This document shows positions 13,343 through 26,312 of a stretch of 64,000 nt of DNA, piece after piece (position 1 is the stretch's first letter; every line of letters begins with the position of its first letter). The stretch is taken from positions 75,144,001 through 75,208,000 of the forward strand of contig OX597815.1 in NCBI GenBank assembly GCA_951406725.2. Reading direction: 5' to 3'. Under the pieces are notes generated by a model, which made no database searches, was not told where the DNA came from, and saw only the letters and a program-made list of their open reading frames with translations. This DNA comes from Octopus vulgaris (Eukaryota). The translations under genes were made by a program, and so were the position numbers.

Positions 13343-14156
13343 ACCTCTGTTCAGCGTCATCTTCAACAACTTGGAAAGGTTCCTAAACTTGGAAAATGGG
13401 TGCCTCATGAATTGTCCGAAAGTAACCGCAAATCCCGAGTTGACATCTCCTCTTCTCTCCATTCTCGCGAACTCATTTCACCCTTTTTGGATTGACTTGT
13501 GACTGGTGACGAAAAATGGATCTTCTATCGAAATGTTAACCGTCGTAAACAGTGGCTTGGTAAAAGGGAAAAAGCTCAATCACAACCGAGACGGGAACTT
13601 CATGGGAAAAAGGTTCTTCTCTCTATCTGGTGGGATTGCAAATGAGTAATTCACTTTGAATTGTTACCACCTAATACAACAATCAATGCTCAAGTCTACT
13701 GTCAGTAATTAGAGCGTTTGAACCAAACTTTGAAGAAAAAAAAGACCCGCTTTAGTGAATTGAAAAGGAGTGATGTTTCATCAGGACAATGCGCGACCCC
13801 ACACTGCAAAGATCACATCACAGAAGATCAAAGAGCTTGGTTGGGAAAAAATTCCTCATCCACCTTATTCTCCCGACCTTGCTCCTTCAGACTACCATTT
13901 GTTTCGTAGCTTACAGAAACATTTGGGGGACATAACTTTCGTAAGCCAGGAGGAGGTCGAAACTGACATATCAGAGTTCTTCGCTTTAAAACCAAAAGAG
14001 TTTTATATTGATGGGATTAAAAAGCTTGTAAATAGATGGAAGGAAGTCATAGATAATCAGGGACAGTACATTGATGATTAAATTTCTATTAAATATAACA
14101 TTTGATCACTTGCTTTCTTTATTCAAAATTCGGACAGAACTTATGGGATGACCTGA
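13343..14156 (+). mobile_element. 5'-truncated mariner (DD34D) transposon inside the R4-like LINE
   Basis: WVPHEL, VTGDEKW, HQDNARPH and YSPDLAPSDYHLF motifs; 3' TIR cagaacttatgggatgacctga followed by TA (14157-14158). Confidence 0.9.
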
Positions 14157-14158
14157 TA

Positions 14159-15060
14159 CATAGACAAAGCAGTTCTAAATGAAGTATAAGCTAGAAAGAA
14201 CAGTCTAACAATAGCATGGATTAATTATAAGAAAGCCTATGACATGATCCCACACTCATGGGTAAGTGAATTTTGAGTATATTCTGTATAACAGACAACA
14301 TAAGAGGATTAATTAGCTTAAGCATGAAGAAATGGAAAGTAGATCTCTATTCAGGTAACACAGTCTTAAGGAAAGTTAATATCAAGAGAGGAATTTTCCA
14401 AGGGGACTCGTTTCCCCCCTTCAATATTTGTGTTATGTTTGATCCCCCTCAGTTTAGTATTAAGGAATGCAAAAGCAGGATATCAATTCAGAATTAGTGA
14501 GAGTAAAACTAACCATTTGCTCAACATGAATGATCTGAAGCTTTTTAGTAAGAATGAGCAAGAGATAGATTCCTTAAGACGCTTCAGCAAAGATATAGGC
14601 ATGGAATTTGGCATAGACAAGTGTGCAATATTAGTCACGAGAAGGGGACAGGTAGTAAACAGTGAAGGCATCCAATTATCAGATGGCCAGACATTAAAAC
14701 ATTGCAAGGAGGAGAGAATTATAAGTATTAGAATCTGACAGAGTACTAACTGTAAAAATGAGGTACATCGGAAGGGTAAAGAAGCTAATGAAATCAAAGC
14801 TAAATGGTCCGAATTTAGTGACGGCTGTAAATATTTGGACAGTATCGTTACTTACATACTCAGTAGCTTTTGTAGATTGGACAAAAACTGAATTAGCAAA
14901 GCTGGATAGAAGAACTAGGAAGGAATTCAATATGAATGGAGGATCCCACCCAAAGGGAAGAGTTGCAAGATTATACTTAACTAGAAAGGAAGGTGAAAGA
15001 GGGCTAATATGAGCAGAAGACTGCGTGAAGTAATCTAGAATGGATATAGACTCCTATGTA
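14159..15060 (+). pseudogene. R4/Dong-like LINE RT fragment
   Basis: AWINYKKAYDMIPHSW, IKRGIFQGDS, NHLLNMNDLKLF, DIGMEFGIDKC, RLYLTRKEGERGL. Confidence 0.85.
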
Positions 15061-15098
15061 GTTAATATATGTATATATATGTATATGTATGTATGTAT

Positions 15099-15151
<53 letters not shown>

Positions 15152-15189
15152 TGATAGATAGATAGATATATGTAAACTATAAATATTGA

Positions 15190-15545
15190 TGCAGGCGTGG
15201 CTATATGGTGAGAAATTTACTTACCCATCATATGGTTCCAGGTTCAGTCCCCTACGGCAAGTGTCTTATGCTACAGTCTGGGGGCTGACTAAAGCCTTGT
15301 GAGCAGATTTGGCACACGGAAACTGAAAGAAACTTCCGTTTACACACACACATACATGCGTGCGTGTGTGTGCATTTTTGTCCTCCACCACTGCCTGACA
15401 ACCGGTGTTGGTGTGTTTACATCTCCGATAGATTGTGTACCAGGCTTAAAAAAATTAGCGCTAGGGTCGATCCGTCCGACTAAAATTCTTCAAGGTGGTG
15501 CCCCAGCATTGCCACAGTCAAATGACTGAAACAAGTAAAAGATAC
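15190..15545 (+). mobile_element. SINE family B
   Basis: ggcgtggctatatggtgag...ggttcagtccc head and gcc.cagtcaaatgactgaaacaagtaaaag tail. Confidence 0.75.
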
Positions 15546-15548
15546 AAG

Positions 15549-15579
<31 letters not shown>

Positions 15580-16849
15580 TACATATCTATAATACATAGC
15601 ATATATAAAATGCATAACATATATCATATATATCTATATGTAATTATATATGTATATATATCGGTCTCACATATATATATATATATATCATGTACAATAT
15701 GTGCGTGTGACCAAGTGTGTGTGTGTGTGTGTGTGTGTATGAATGAATGTGTGTGCGGTGCGCGCGTGCGTCTAAGCACTTGTGTATTTGTGTATTGGCA
15801 TTTTACAACTTACTTATTATCTCTCGTAACCCTATCATCAACAGTTAAGTTTCTAGACAATTCTTTGCTACACATTCTCTATCCTTCACCGCCATCATAT
15901 CTTAATTTCTGTAACTTTCCTTCATTTATTCTTTCCTTTATCCATTTACATTGATTCAGTTATTGAGAATTTACCACCAGGGAAAGTAACTAATAACTTA
16001 TTCCTTCCTTCCAAGTGTTGTCTGCCATAAACAAAGTTCATATGAAAATCATCCATTTCTACTTGATATTTTGTTATGCTCTGTGTTGTTTTTCTTTTAT
16101 TTCTAATACCACTACAGGCTGTCTGCTCCCTAAATCATCCAGCCCAAACACCCGTTATTGATACTACTCAGTAGATTTTCTCCCTTCCTCTTCACTCTCT
16201 CTCTTCGTTTGCCCACAGGAAATCTACCAGCTACCGGACGATGACACCGAATTCTCTGGTTGAAGCCATGGGATTAGCGAAGGAAATTTCTATTGATTGA
16301 GTTATTAACCTGCTGACAAGTCTAGCATAAATAATTGATAATTATCGTGCGTATGTGCGTGTATATGTGATTCTATTCGTGTGTGATGCGTCTATGCATA
16401 TTGGTGTTTACGTGTAAGTTTGTGCCTGTGCGTGCGTATGTGAACGTATCTGCGTTCGCCTGTTGCTCTGATGCCATGGAAAGTAATGTAAATCATTTAT
16501 GAATGATAAAAGACGCCATTACAGTTACTGTCGACAGTTAATTTAATTGTTGAAAGCGTTACGTTAGGAACTAGTAGAGCTTGGTTTCAAATCTAGTTGT
16601 TTCTCCTTCGTTTAACCAACACACAAAAATTAGTTGTGTGAATGTGTAGATGTAGGTGAACTGACAAGAAATTCCTCTAGTATCTAATAAGTCAGAATTA
16701 ACAATATTTAACACTTACAACAATAAAATACCAACAAAAATAAATATACAATGAGGGCAAAAACGCTAGTAATAAATGTAATAGAATCACAGGGTTAAGT
16801 CAGGCTATACACAAATCCATTGTCGGAATATATTCTTATATTCGTTTAT

Positions 16850-17120
16850 TTATTTCAGTCTTTGGACTGCGGCCATGCTGGGGCACCGACTCGAAGAGTT
16901 TAGTCGAACATATCAAACCTTAGTACTTATTTTAAGTTTGGTACTTATTCCATCGATCTCTTTCTGCAGAACCGCTAAGTTACAGAAATATAAAAACATC
17001 AAAAGCAACGGTCGGCCCGGGATTATAGTAGAAGACATATGCTCATGATGTTGCGCAGTGGGACAGAACTCGAAACCACAACGGTGCGAAGTGAATTTCT
17101 TTACTACACAGCCATGTATG
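16850..17120 (-). mobile_element. SINE family B, diverged and deleted
   Basis: tttcagtc..gactgcggccatgctggggcac and tatagtagaagaca..gcgcagtgggac segments. Confidence 0.65.
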
Positions 17121-17845
17121 TGCCTACATTTAACTTTCATCCACTTTCCTCTATACAACTAGAAATACGAGAAATCTCGCTGCTCAATAACAGACCATGT
17201 GATCAGTGGGAAGACAACGATCGAAGGATTTCGATGGTTTCATCCGACTTTACAGTGTTCCAGTTTAACTAATCACAGGATCGATGTAGTGATAACAATC
17301 TGCAGCTACACAGATCTATATGATTATATATGAGTAACGTTTGACTCTGTTTTCAGTTCGTAAGCAAACGGAAATTAATATCTCTCTCATCTAAGAAACT
17401 AATCAACTGCAAATGCCTCATTTCTGTGACTGGATAAATATAAATACTGTTCAGATTCGCACCGAAACTTTTAAATCGTTATTTGAATTCACACACGCTA
17501 TGTTGGTAGTTTGGTATTCTATTCTACTAATCTTTCCGCTTTTATCTGCTCAAATATCAGATACTGTTTTATTAATTTAATATCAGTTATCCTGCAAGGC
17601 GGCGAGCTGGCAGAAACGTTAGCACGCCGGGCGAAATGCTTACCAGTATTTCGTCTTACCAGTATTTCGTGTGCCTAGAGTAGAGAAGAATATCAGTCAA
17701 CCTGCTTTATATCAGTTTAGCCTTAGAGAGCGTTCCTCGAGAAAATGGAATTTTATCAAAGAATATAATTAATTCCTTTTCTAGGTACAACGTTTTGTAT
17801 TTTACATAAGAGTAAATTGGGTACTGAAATATTGATTTTAAATTT

Positions 17846-18348
17846 TTTGACACAAGGCCAACAGTTTCAGGGGAGAGAGTAAGCCAGTCATATCACCCTT
17901 AGTGCTTAACTGGTACTTATTTTATCAACTCTGAGAGGATGAAAAGCAAAATCGATCCCGGCGGAATTTGAACTCAGAACGTAAAGACAGACGAAATGCT
18001 GCTATGCATTTCGCCCGGCGTGCTAACAATTCTGCCAGTTCACCGCCTTTGGGTATTGGAGTATTAAGGCATATCGTAAGGTGGTGAGCTGGCAGAATTC
18101 TTAACGCGCCAGACGAAATGCTGCTAAGCATTTCTCCCATCCTTACATTCTGAGTTCAAATACCGCCGAGGTCAACTTTACCTTTCATCCTTTCGGGGGT
18201 CGATAAAATAAGTACCAGTTGAGTACTGGGACCGATGAAAGATAAAGTCGACTTTGGTGGTGTTTGAACTTAGAACGCAAACAACCAGAATAAATGCCGC
18301 TTAGCAATTTTTCCGGTGCGGTAACGACTCTACCAGCTCCCCGCCTTA
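17846..18348. mobile_element. Cluster of three SINE family A copies (-,+,-)
   Basis: 17846-18048 minus, 18078-18235 plus, 18236-18348 minus; A box TGGCAGAAT and B box GAGTTCAAAT. Confidence 0.8.
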
Positions 18349-19342
18349 CCGTTACTCATAATATACTAAGCAATAATATCAATTTTATATTTAATATTGT
18401 CTCAATCATGTTATTTATTGTTCATATCTTATATTGAACATTTTTCAAATTGTTAATATCCTATATTTACTCTAATATCCTATGTTCATATTTAAAATTT
18501 TTCATATTCTACACAAACACATATTTATAAGCTACGCTATTCTGATGTCAATTTATTTATATAAATATTTTCAACTTTTGGCATTCGACATTAATAAACT
18601 GTATGTCGACCGAGATCAGAAGATCTAAGCTGAGAACCACTAGCAGCAACATTATCTATAAGTAGAGAAAAAGCTTTCGCCTAGCTAACTGAAATTGCGA
18701 TGCGGTTTCCATTTGCGTTTGTAGCTATTTACTCCACTTACGACGACATTAACAAAGCCAAGATCATAAGATCTAAGTTATCATCCACCACCCGTAGTAA
18801 CGTTATGAATAAAAGCTTTAGCCTAGCAAAGTTGCGAAGCAATTTCGATTTGCGTTTGTAACCATTTCACTTCTCTTACGTCGCTAATACTCCTGATAAA
18901 GAAACGAGAATAACATACTATCAGTAGGACGCCGGAGCTAATGTAACACCCCATAGCTGCAATAGTAAATTCTATCAAGGAGTAAAGCTTATCACGTTAA
19001 AGAATTGCTGGTAAAATGTTAAGGTATTTTTTGAAGAAGGCTTCTAAAGTGGAAATGATATGTGTATATAATAATCAAGCTACGTAAATTTTGGAAAGTT
19101 GATTAGATCCGGAAACATCAGAATATCTTATCGCGTATAAATGGAAATTCTCTGCTACAATAATACATGTTGCAAATTATAGATAATGAAAATAGTGGAA
19201 AAATTTAAGATAAACAATGTGATACAGCACCGTATGAAATAAAGTGAAAATAATAAGTTCAATACAGACTCCAGTAGATTATGGTTACCAAAATAGTAGA
19301 GAATGAGTTTAAATTACTTCAGCCAACAACAACAATATTAAC

Positions 19343-19555
19343 TTTTTTCAACTATAAGCATAAGACCTGAAATCTTGGTGGTGGTGGGGAGCTAGTCGAT
19401 TATATCAACCTCAGTATTCAACTGGTACTTAATTCGTCGACCTCGAAAGTATGAAAAGCAAAGGTGACCTCGGCGGAATTTGAGCTGAGAACGTAAGGAC
19501 GGAAGAAGCGCTGTTAAGCATTTTGTCCGCCGCGCTAACGATTCTCCCCAATTCG
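19343..19555 (-). mobile_element. SINE family A
   Basis: agtcgattatatcaacc..actggtactt..gacctcggcggaatttgagctgagaacgtaag. Confidence 0.75.
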
Positions 19556-19563
19556 TCGATTTT

Positions 19564-19626
<63 letters not shown>

Positions 19627-19893
19627 GTAATTATTATTACACTAATAACACACACACACACACACACACACATTTATATATATGTATACATATATGTGTG
19701 GTGTGTGGGTGTGTCTTATTAAATACACGGCCGTGTTCAAATTCCTATTTTAAATTTTTCGTTTTTCTTAGTTTTTTTAATAGCTACTTTGGAATGGTAA
19801 GTTTCTAAATTCCCATTTGACATTTCCAGACCTTCACAACCCTATTTTCAAGAATTAAATACATCTGCTCTTCCTCCCTCTCTCTCTCTTTTG

Positions 19894-19953
<60 letters not shown>

Positions 19954-20399
19954 TTTTAAACTGCATCCGGTTGTGTGGTACGGGAGTTCCAAGATTTTGA
20001 GGAGTGTGGACCCAGTGATTTCTTATATAGCTACCCTACCTTATATTTATAGATGGTGTGTGGAACAGGATATTGTTACGTCCGTGCCTTTCTAAATAGC
20101 TTAAATTACGCTATACCAAGACTATGTCATGAACTGGTCGTGCTTACCCCAAGTCCACTCAGTGAAAAAAAAAAATTGGATATAATAAATTATTAGATTA
20201 TTTTGAACAAAGAATAATTCTTTCTCATTTTGGCACAAGGCCAGCAGATTTGAGGGGATGAGAAATCAATTACATTGACATCTATACACAACTGGTACTT
20301 TTTTTTATCAACGCTGCATAGATGAAAGGCAAAGTCGACCTCGGCAGCATTTGAACTCAGAATGTAAACAACCGGAAAAATACCAGGGTATTCAGCTCA

Positions 20400-20668
20400 A
20401 GATCATAAGGTCGTGAGTTCGATTTCTGGCGGCGCGTTGTGTCTTTGAGCTAAACACTTTATTTTTCGTTGCTCCAAAAATGAGTAGTACTTGTATTTCA
20501 AAGGGACAGCCTTGTCACATTCTGTGTCACGCTGAATCTTCCTGTGAACTACATTAAGCATACGCGTGTCTGTGGAGTATTCAGCCAGTTGCATGTCAAT
20601 TTCACGAGCAAGCTGTTCCGTTGATCGGATTAATTGGAACCCTCCATCGTCGTAACCAACGGAGTACC
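20400..20668 (+). mobile_element. SINE family C
   Basis: gagttcgatttc B box; body matches 49220-49396 (tgtcacgctgaat..tgtctgtggagt..cgtcgtaacc.acggagt). Confidence 0.75.
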
Positions 20669-20773
20669 AGTAAACATTTTGTGAGGTGCAGTAATGAGTC
20701 TGCCATCTCGCCGCCTTACATTTTGGACAAAGCATAATGCTTAGTAAGATTGTACAAATAACCATAAAATAGG

Positions 20774-21237
20774 CAATAATAAATCTTAGAGCGAGTTATA
20801 AACAGTAGCTGCAACACATCGTGACGTATATTTGCCATTTAAATATGGCTAACCCCTAAGGGTGGATGCTACTGTAGTTTGTAGCCCCAGGAGGACACCT
20901 CCTCCAGCTGGCTATAGACACACTTTCTGTGCCCTATCAGTATTTGCAAAGGGAAGCCATCCTTCCCGTCTTCAACTTATGATACACACGGACTCGAGTT
21001 TCTGAGTATTGACCCGTCATCGGCGTGTGACAATCACAGTTGTCGATGAAAAGTAGGTTCCCTTCGCAAATGCATATCCTTTTTCCAGTATCGTAAAGAC
21101 ACTGATATCGAAAAAGTGTAAACAAGCAATAATAAATCTAAGAGCGAGTTATAAACAGTAGCTGCAACACATCGTGACGTATATTTGCCATTTAAATATG
21201 GCTAACCCCTAAGGGTGGATGCTACTGTAGTTTGTAG
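20774..21237 (-). mobile_element. Retrozyme-like element A: 1.3 copies of a 353-nt unit with a hammerhead ribozyme and TSD
   Basis: 113-bp direct repeats at 20773-20885 and 21126-21238 (one mismatch seen); flanking duplication CATAAAATAGG at 20763-20773 and 21238-21248; no coding ORF; HHR inside. Confidence 0.8.
20985..21029 (-). ncRNA. Type I hammerhead ribozyme (U4C variant)
   Basis: Minus strand reads CACACG-CCGAUGA-CGGGU-CAAU-ACUCA-GAAA-CUCGAG-UC^CGUGUG: 6-bp stem I, stem II, palindromic short stem III and a GUC triplet. Confidence 0.75.
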
Positions 21238-21876
21238 CATAAAATAGGGTGATACAATTATTTATTCTGTTATGAAATGTTTTGTAATCGGGACTTGATA
21301 CCCAGTTGCAGATATAGTTAAGGGCTTATTCTGTAGTGTTTCAGTACACAGCTTTAAATTTATCGCGTAATGGATATAAGATTATTTAATAGTCATGCCT
21401 TTCTCAAGAGAATTCGTAAAATCAGCGAAAGTACAAAAGTTACTTCCAAAATTTAAATCAGGTTTTTGAATTTGGTATCCGCTCCCGAAAATAACAAAAG
21501 GGACATATCCATTAAAAACTAAAAAAATCTGAAAGTAAAACAATAACAACAGATCAACGTCCCGGTGTATATCAGGTTACACGAATGAGAGGTGAAATAT
21601 GGTGCGTGTAACTTCAGTTAATTAGACCGAGGTGTGACAGGAAGCTGAGGGGCAAACTGTAACATCTGTGATTTTTTTGTGCGCGCGCACACACACACAC
21701 ACATGCACATGAGCACACACAGACACTTAATCGTACGCGCGCACTCACACACTCACACTCTTCCAGCCAGTCTGTCTGACTGGTTCTGTATGTTTATATG
21801 TATATATCAATGTATATGTACTACCTCTCCACATACATAGACACACATATAGGTATACACATACATGCATACACGC

Positions 21877-21913
<37 letters not shown>

Positions 21914-22504
21914 TATAGATATATGTATGTGTGCATATATGTATATATATGTATGTGTGCATTGAGTGCATGTATAAACATACATACATTTATGTGTGCA
22001 TGTATATACATACATGCACACATATATGTATGTATGTATGTATGTACTTCTCACACAAGTCGTCTCGGCGTTATACAAGGCGGAGTAGTGGTGGTGGTGG
22101 TGACAGTTGCCAAAGGCGAGGTCAGCTACACCAACAAGAACAAGAATTACTGCAGCGCACCGTTATCGCCACAACCACCACTCGTACTAGACAACAACAA
22201 CAACAAAAACAAACAAACAAAGGATGCAATAAAAGCAAGGACAACAGCGACGATGATTATAACAACCACAACATTAAGAAAAGTAACAATAAAAACAACA
22301 AAACTAACACTGATATAAAATAAAGTGATGACAATGACGAATGTAAAACAAAAGCTAAAATAGAAATATAAAGAGTATTTTTTTATTCTTTTACTTGTTT
22401 CAGTCATTTGGCTGTGGCCATGCTGGAGTACCGCCTTAAAGGGTTTTTTTACCGACGAAATCGACCCGAGGACTTATTCTTTGCAAGCCTAGTACTTATT
22501 CTAT

Positions 22505-23560
22505 CACACGCACACACAACTACACGCACGCGTACACACGCGCAGAAACGCACATAAACCTCCACACACAAAATCCCACGTACACACTCATATACACATG
22601 CACATACACACGCACACATACACACGCATACACATATGCACACGTGTACTCACACATGCACGCACACGTACATGAACGCACACGTACATGAACGCACACG
22701 TACCACTCACACACACACAACACACTCGTACATACATGCACACAGTTACACATACACGGACATACACACACGTATGTACACACAGGCACATGCTCGCACA
22801 CACGTACGAATGCTCACACACGCACACACACACGAATGCTCATACACGCACACACACAGGAACGCACATACACCTCCACACAACCCCACGCACACACATA
22901 TACACATGCACATACATACGCAATTACACACACGTAGACACACACGCACACTACACACCAAAAAAAAACACAAACACAACATACATATACACGCACACAC
23001 ATACATACACATACTTCAAACTGCCAGTCAAACACCTTTCTACTGACCATTCCTCTACGCACATGTGAAGAAACACACAGCTAGACAAAAGACCACCACT
23101 CCTGGCACTATGCTGCTGAATTCTTCCTACAACATTAACAGACACACAGTTCACTCACACATACACATATAAACAGTCAACACCACACACACATACACAC
23201 ACACACAACACACACACATGCTATTATACACAAACACAGACACTTGCGCGCATATATACCCACACATACACACCGATACCTCCTCTTACACTCTCCTGTC
23301 GTAGAAAGAATTTTTTCTTCACCCATTCCCTTCCGGTCCTTTCAAAATGTAACCACATGTGGATCGTTGGCGATTTTTTTCCTCCATCTTCCCTTTCTCT
23401 CGGACTTGCCTCTGTCTCCTGTTTCTGAAGAAGAGCTTTGCTCGAAACGTAAAACTACCTTTCTTTCCTTCCCTGAGCGTCTGTTAATACTTTGCATGTA
23501 CCACGTCCTCGCGTTGTTGTTTTTGCTTGTGTGCTTTTTCTTCGTTTTCTTTTTAGGAGT
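22505..23560 (+). mobile_element. PLE 3' tail (CA-rich) with terminal hammerhead
   Basis: Same layout as 43210-44020: imperfect CA-rich tract, pyrimidine tract, HHR, CCTGAGCGTC..TAATAC. Confidence 0.55.
23421..23455 (+). ncRNA. Minimal hammerhead ribozyme (PLE type)
   Basis: GUUU-CUGAAGA-A-GAGC-UUU-GCUC-GAAA-CGUA-AAAC: canonical CUGANGA and GAAA core with an ACGU palindrome in place of stem III. Confidence 0.7.
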
Positions 23561-23570
23561 ACATATGTAT

Positions 23571-23601
<31 letters not shown>

Positions 23602-23608
23602 TGCACGC

Positions 23609-26312
23609 AACAAAAGAGGAGGTGTATTTCAACGCAAGAAGAAACATAGGAAAATTTGTTGTCGAAAATGCACCTAAATTTAAAATACTTGTAATTGTTT
23701 TTAGATAAATTTATTTACATACACGCTAAACTAGTTCCAACAATATTCTTTGTTTATCAGAGGTAAAAATTTAAAATTACGAATTAGAAAAAACATATTT
23801 AAAAGTTCTAATGTTTACAAGTTTCAAAAATTTGAAATATGATTTAAATATTCATCACATTCAATAATATAAAAAATGTAGAACATCTTGTTTAAATGCA
23901 CAAAATTCAATAGTGTTAGTAGTGATCGATAAGAAATGTGTATCATCAAAGTTTCGGTCATACTAAGTTAAGAGGGAGGAAAACAGGGGAGAAATGAAGA
24001 TAATAAAAAAGGGTTTTGTTTACAGTTTCTGTGATTCTTTTCCCGTCGTATGCAGGGACTTTCGTTTGTAACGGTGGTTTTTGGAATCCGGTGAATTTAT
24101 AATTTTTTCCGAGAACGGATCTGATTTTTGAGTCGTTAAAGTACTAGTGACGTCTTATTTTTCTGGTGGTCAAGTTTGTCGTTCTGCCTGGTTGGCTTCC
24201 CTGTGGGGAACGGTCATCAGCCGTTCCGGTAGGTTGATTCCCTTAAAGGGTCATTTTGTTGCATTTGCTGAAGTTTGGTTTGATCGGAAGTAAAATTTTA
24301 TTGGTCTAGAGTTAGGTGACGTCAGCAGCTGGTGTTTGTATGGTGAGTAGGAGTTGCGGTTTCGAAACCCGCGTGTCTGTTGTATCTGGTTGTTTTATTA
24401 TTTTTTTGTGGAGAAATTAGGTCTTTTTTCCTTTTTCTCTTTAGTGTTTTTTCTCCTTTCTAAAGGATATTCAGCTGTGGTTTATGTATTGTAATGAGCA
24501 TACTTTCCTTATTTAAATGGAATTGGGTTGACGTTTTTTCCGGTGCATTGATAGAGAGGGAAGATTTGGTATTTCGATTTTATGTTTGCGGGGCATTGGT
24601 CTAGGTGTTTGCTTACGGGTCGTGGGGTCCCGGATTTGTTGCCTGTGTACCATTTTCTGTCCCTCAAGGTCAAACTAGTTTGACCTATGTAGTCTCCACC
24701 ACACCATCCACATTTGAGAACATAGATTAAGTTCTTCGAAGCACAGGTGAAGTGATTTTTTATGGTAAAATTTTGACCTGACAAATTTGTATGTTAAGCC
24801 CTCTAAAAGGAAGATGCAAGTCTTGCAGTTAAGGCTGTTGCACTTTTTGACAAGAGGGTTGTATTTTTGGTGGGTGATTTGGCGCTGGTGAGTAACCTTT
24901 TTAGGGATTGCTTTTAAGAATCCTATGTGTTTCCAGTGCCTTTTTCATTCGCAGGTCATTCATAAGGAGGGGTATGTTTTGGTGGATGATGTTATATGCT
25001 TCCATGTTCCTCAGATTGTGTATTGATACGTAAGATAAATTTTTAAGTGTGTCATGGTGTTTTCTTGTTTTTCGTAACTCTTGGATGTCTGTCATTTTTG
25101 CACGTTCTATTCCGTTTTTTATTAGACTAGCCAGTTATTTTCTATCTAGTAATGTGTTTTTAAGTTCTTAGAGTCGCTTTTCTTGGGGTTCCGGGATTTG
25201 ATGCAATCGTGCAAATTCTTCTTGGTAAGTTGAACGGTATATTTATTTTAGTATGTTTTGGGTGGCAGGAGGAGAACAGAAAATATTGTTTTAAGTCCGT
25301 TGGTTTGAAGATGTTGGTTTCAATTTCAGTATCACTGTTTATGATTAAGATGTCCAGGAAGGGTAGCTGTTTGTGGTTGTATTCCATTGTGAACTAGATA
25401 CTGTGGTTAATGCTGTTGATTAAGCTTTTAAATTTTGTGAGATGCTCAATGTTATGTGGCCACAAAATGAAACAGTCATCCTGGTAGCGTTTCCAGTTGG
25501 TGAGTAAGTATTTTTGGAAGTTGTCTCCAAATTTCAGTCTAGCGTGCTCGTATTTTTGGACTTCCAAGTATGCCATGACAAAGATAGTAAAAGTCGGGGC
25601 TACCCTCTTTCTCATCGCCGTGCCCGATTTTTGTCTATAAGTGTTCTTATTGAAGTTGAAAAAGAGGGATCTTCCTTTTCTGGACATATTTCTTGACAGT
25701 TGCAATGTAATTTGTCGAGTTTGTTCGTTAAGAGAGCGAGTTTTGAGTTGATGACTTGTAGTTCACACAAGATTTTCTCGAGTGTCGTGTTATCCTGTTG
25801 TTTGTGTTTGGGTGGCATTTTCGTACCTAGCATGGTAGATATATATAACAAAAGAGGTGTATTTCCACGCAGAAAAATATAGGAAAATTTGTTATTGACA
25901 ATAGACCTAAATTTGAAAACCTTGTAATTGTATTTAAATAAATTAATTTACATACATGCCAACAATATTTTTTTATTTATCAATAGTAAAAATTCTAAAT
26001 TACGAATTAGAAAAACATGTTTAAAAATTTCAATGTTTACAAGTTTCAATAATATGAAATATGATTTAAATATTCATCACATTCAATAATATAAAAGATG
26101 TGGATCATCTTGTTTAAATGCACAAAATTCATCAGCCGTTCCAGTCGATTGATTCTCTTAAAGAGTCATTTTGTTGTATTTGCTGAAGTTCGGTTTTGAT
26201 CGGAGGTACCATTGATAAACAAAGAATATTGTTGAAACTGGTTTGGTATGTATGTAAATAAATTTATTTAAAAATAATTACAAGTTTTTCAAATTTAGGT
26301 GCATTTTCAACA

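Noticed and set aside
21098-21120. Plus-strand hammerhead in element A (ctgatatcgaaa)
   Set aside because: No stem II, no G8-A9 and no cleavage triplet; it is a simple hairpin.
20773-21238. LTR retrotransposon or TRIM
   Set aside because: Repeats lack TG..CA ends, PBS and PPT; the TSD is ~11 bp rather than 4-6; an internal hammerhead fits a retrozyme better.
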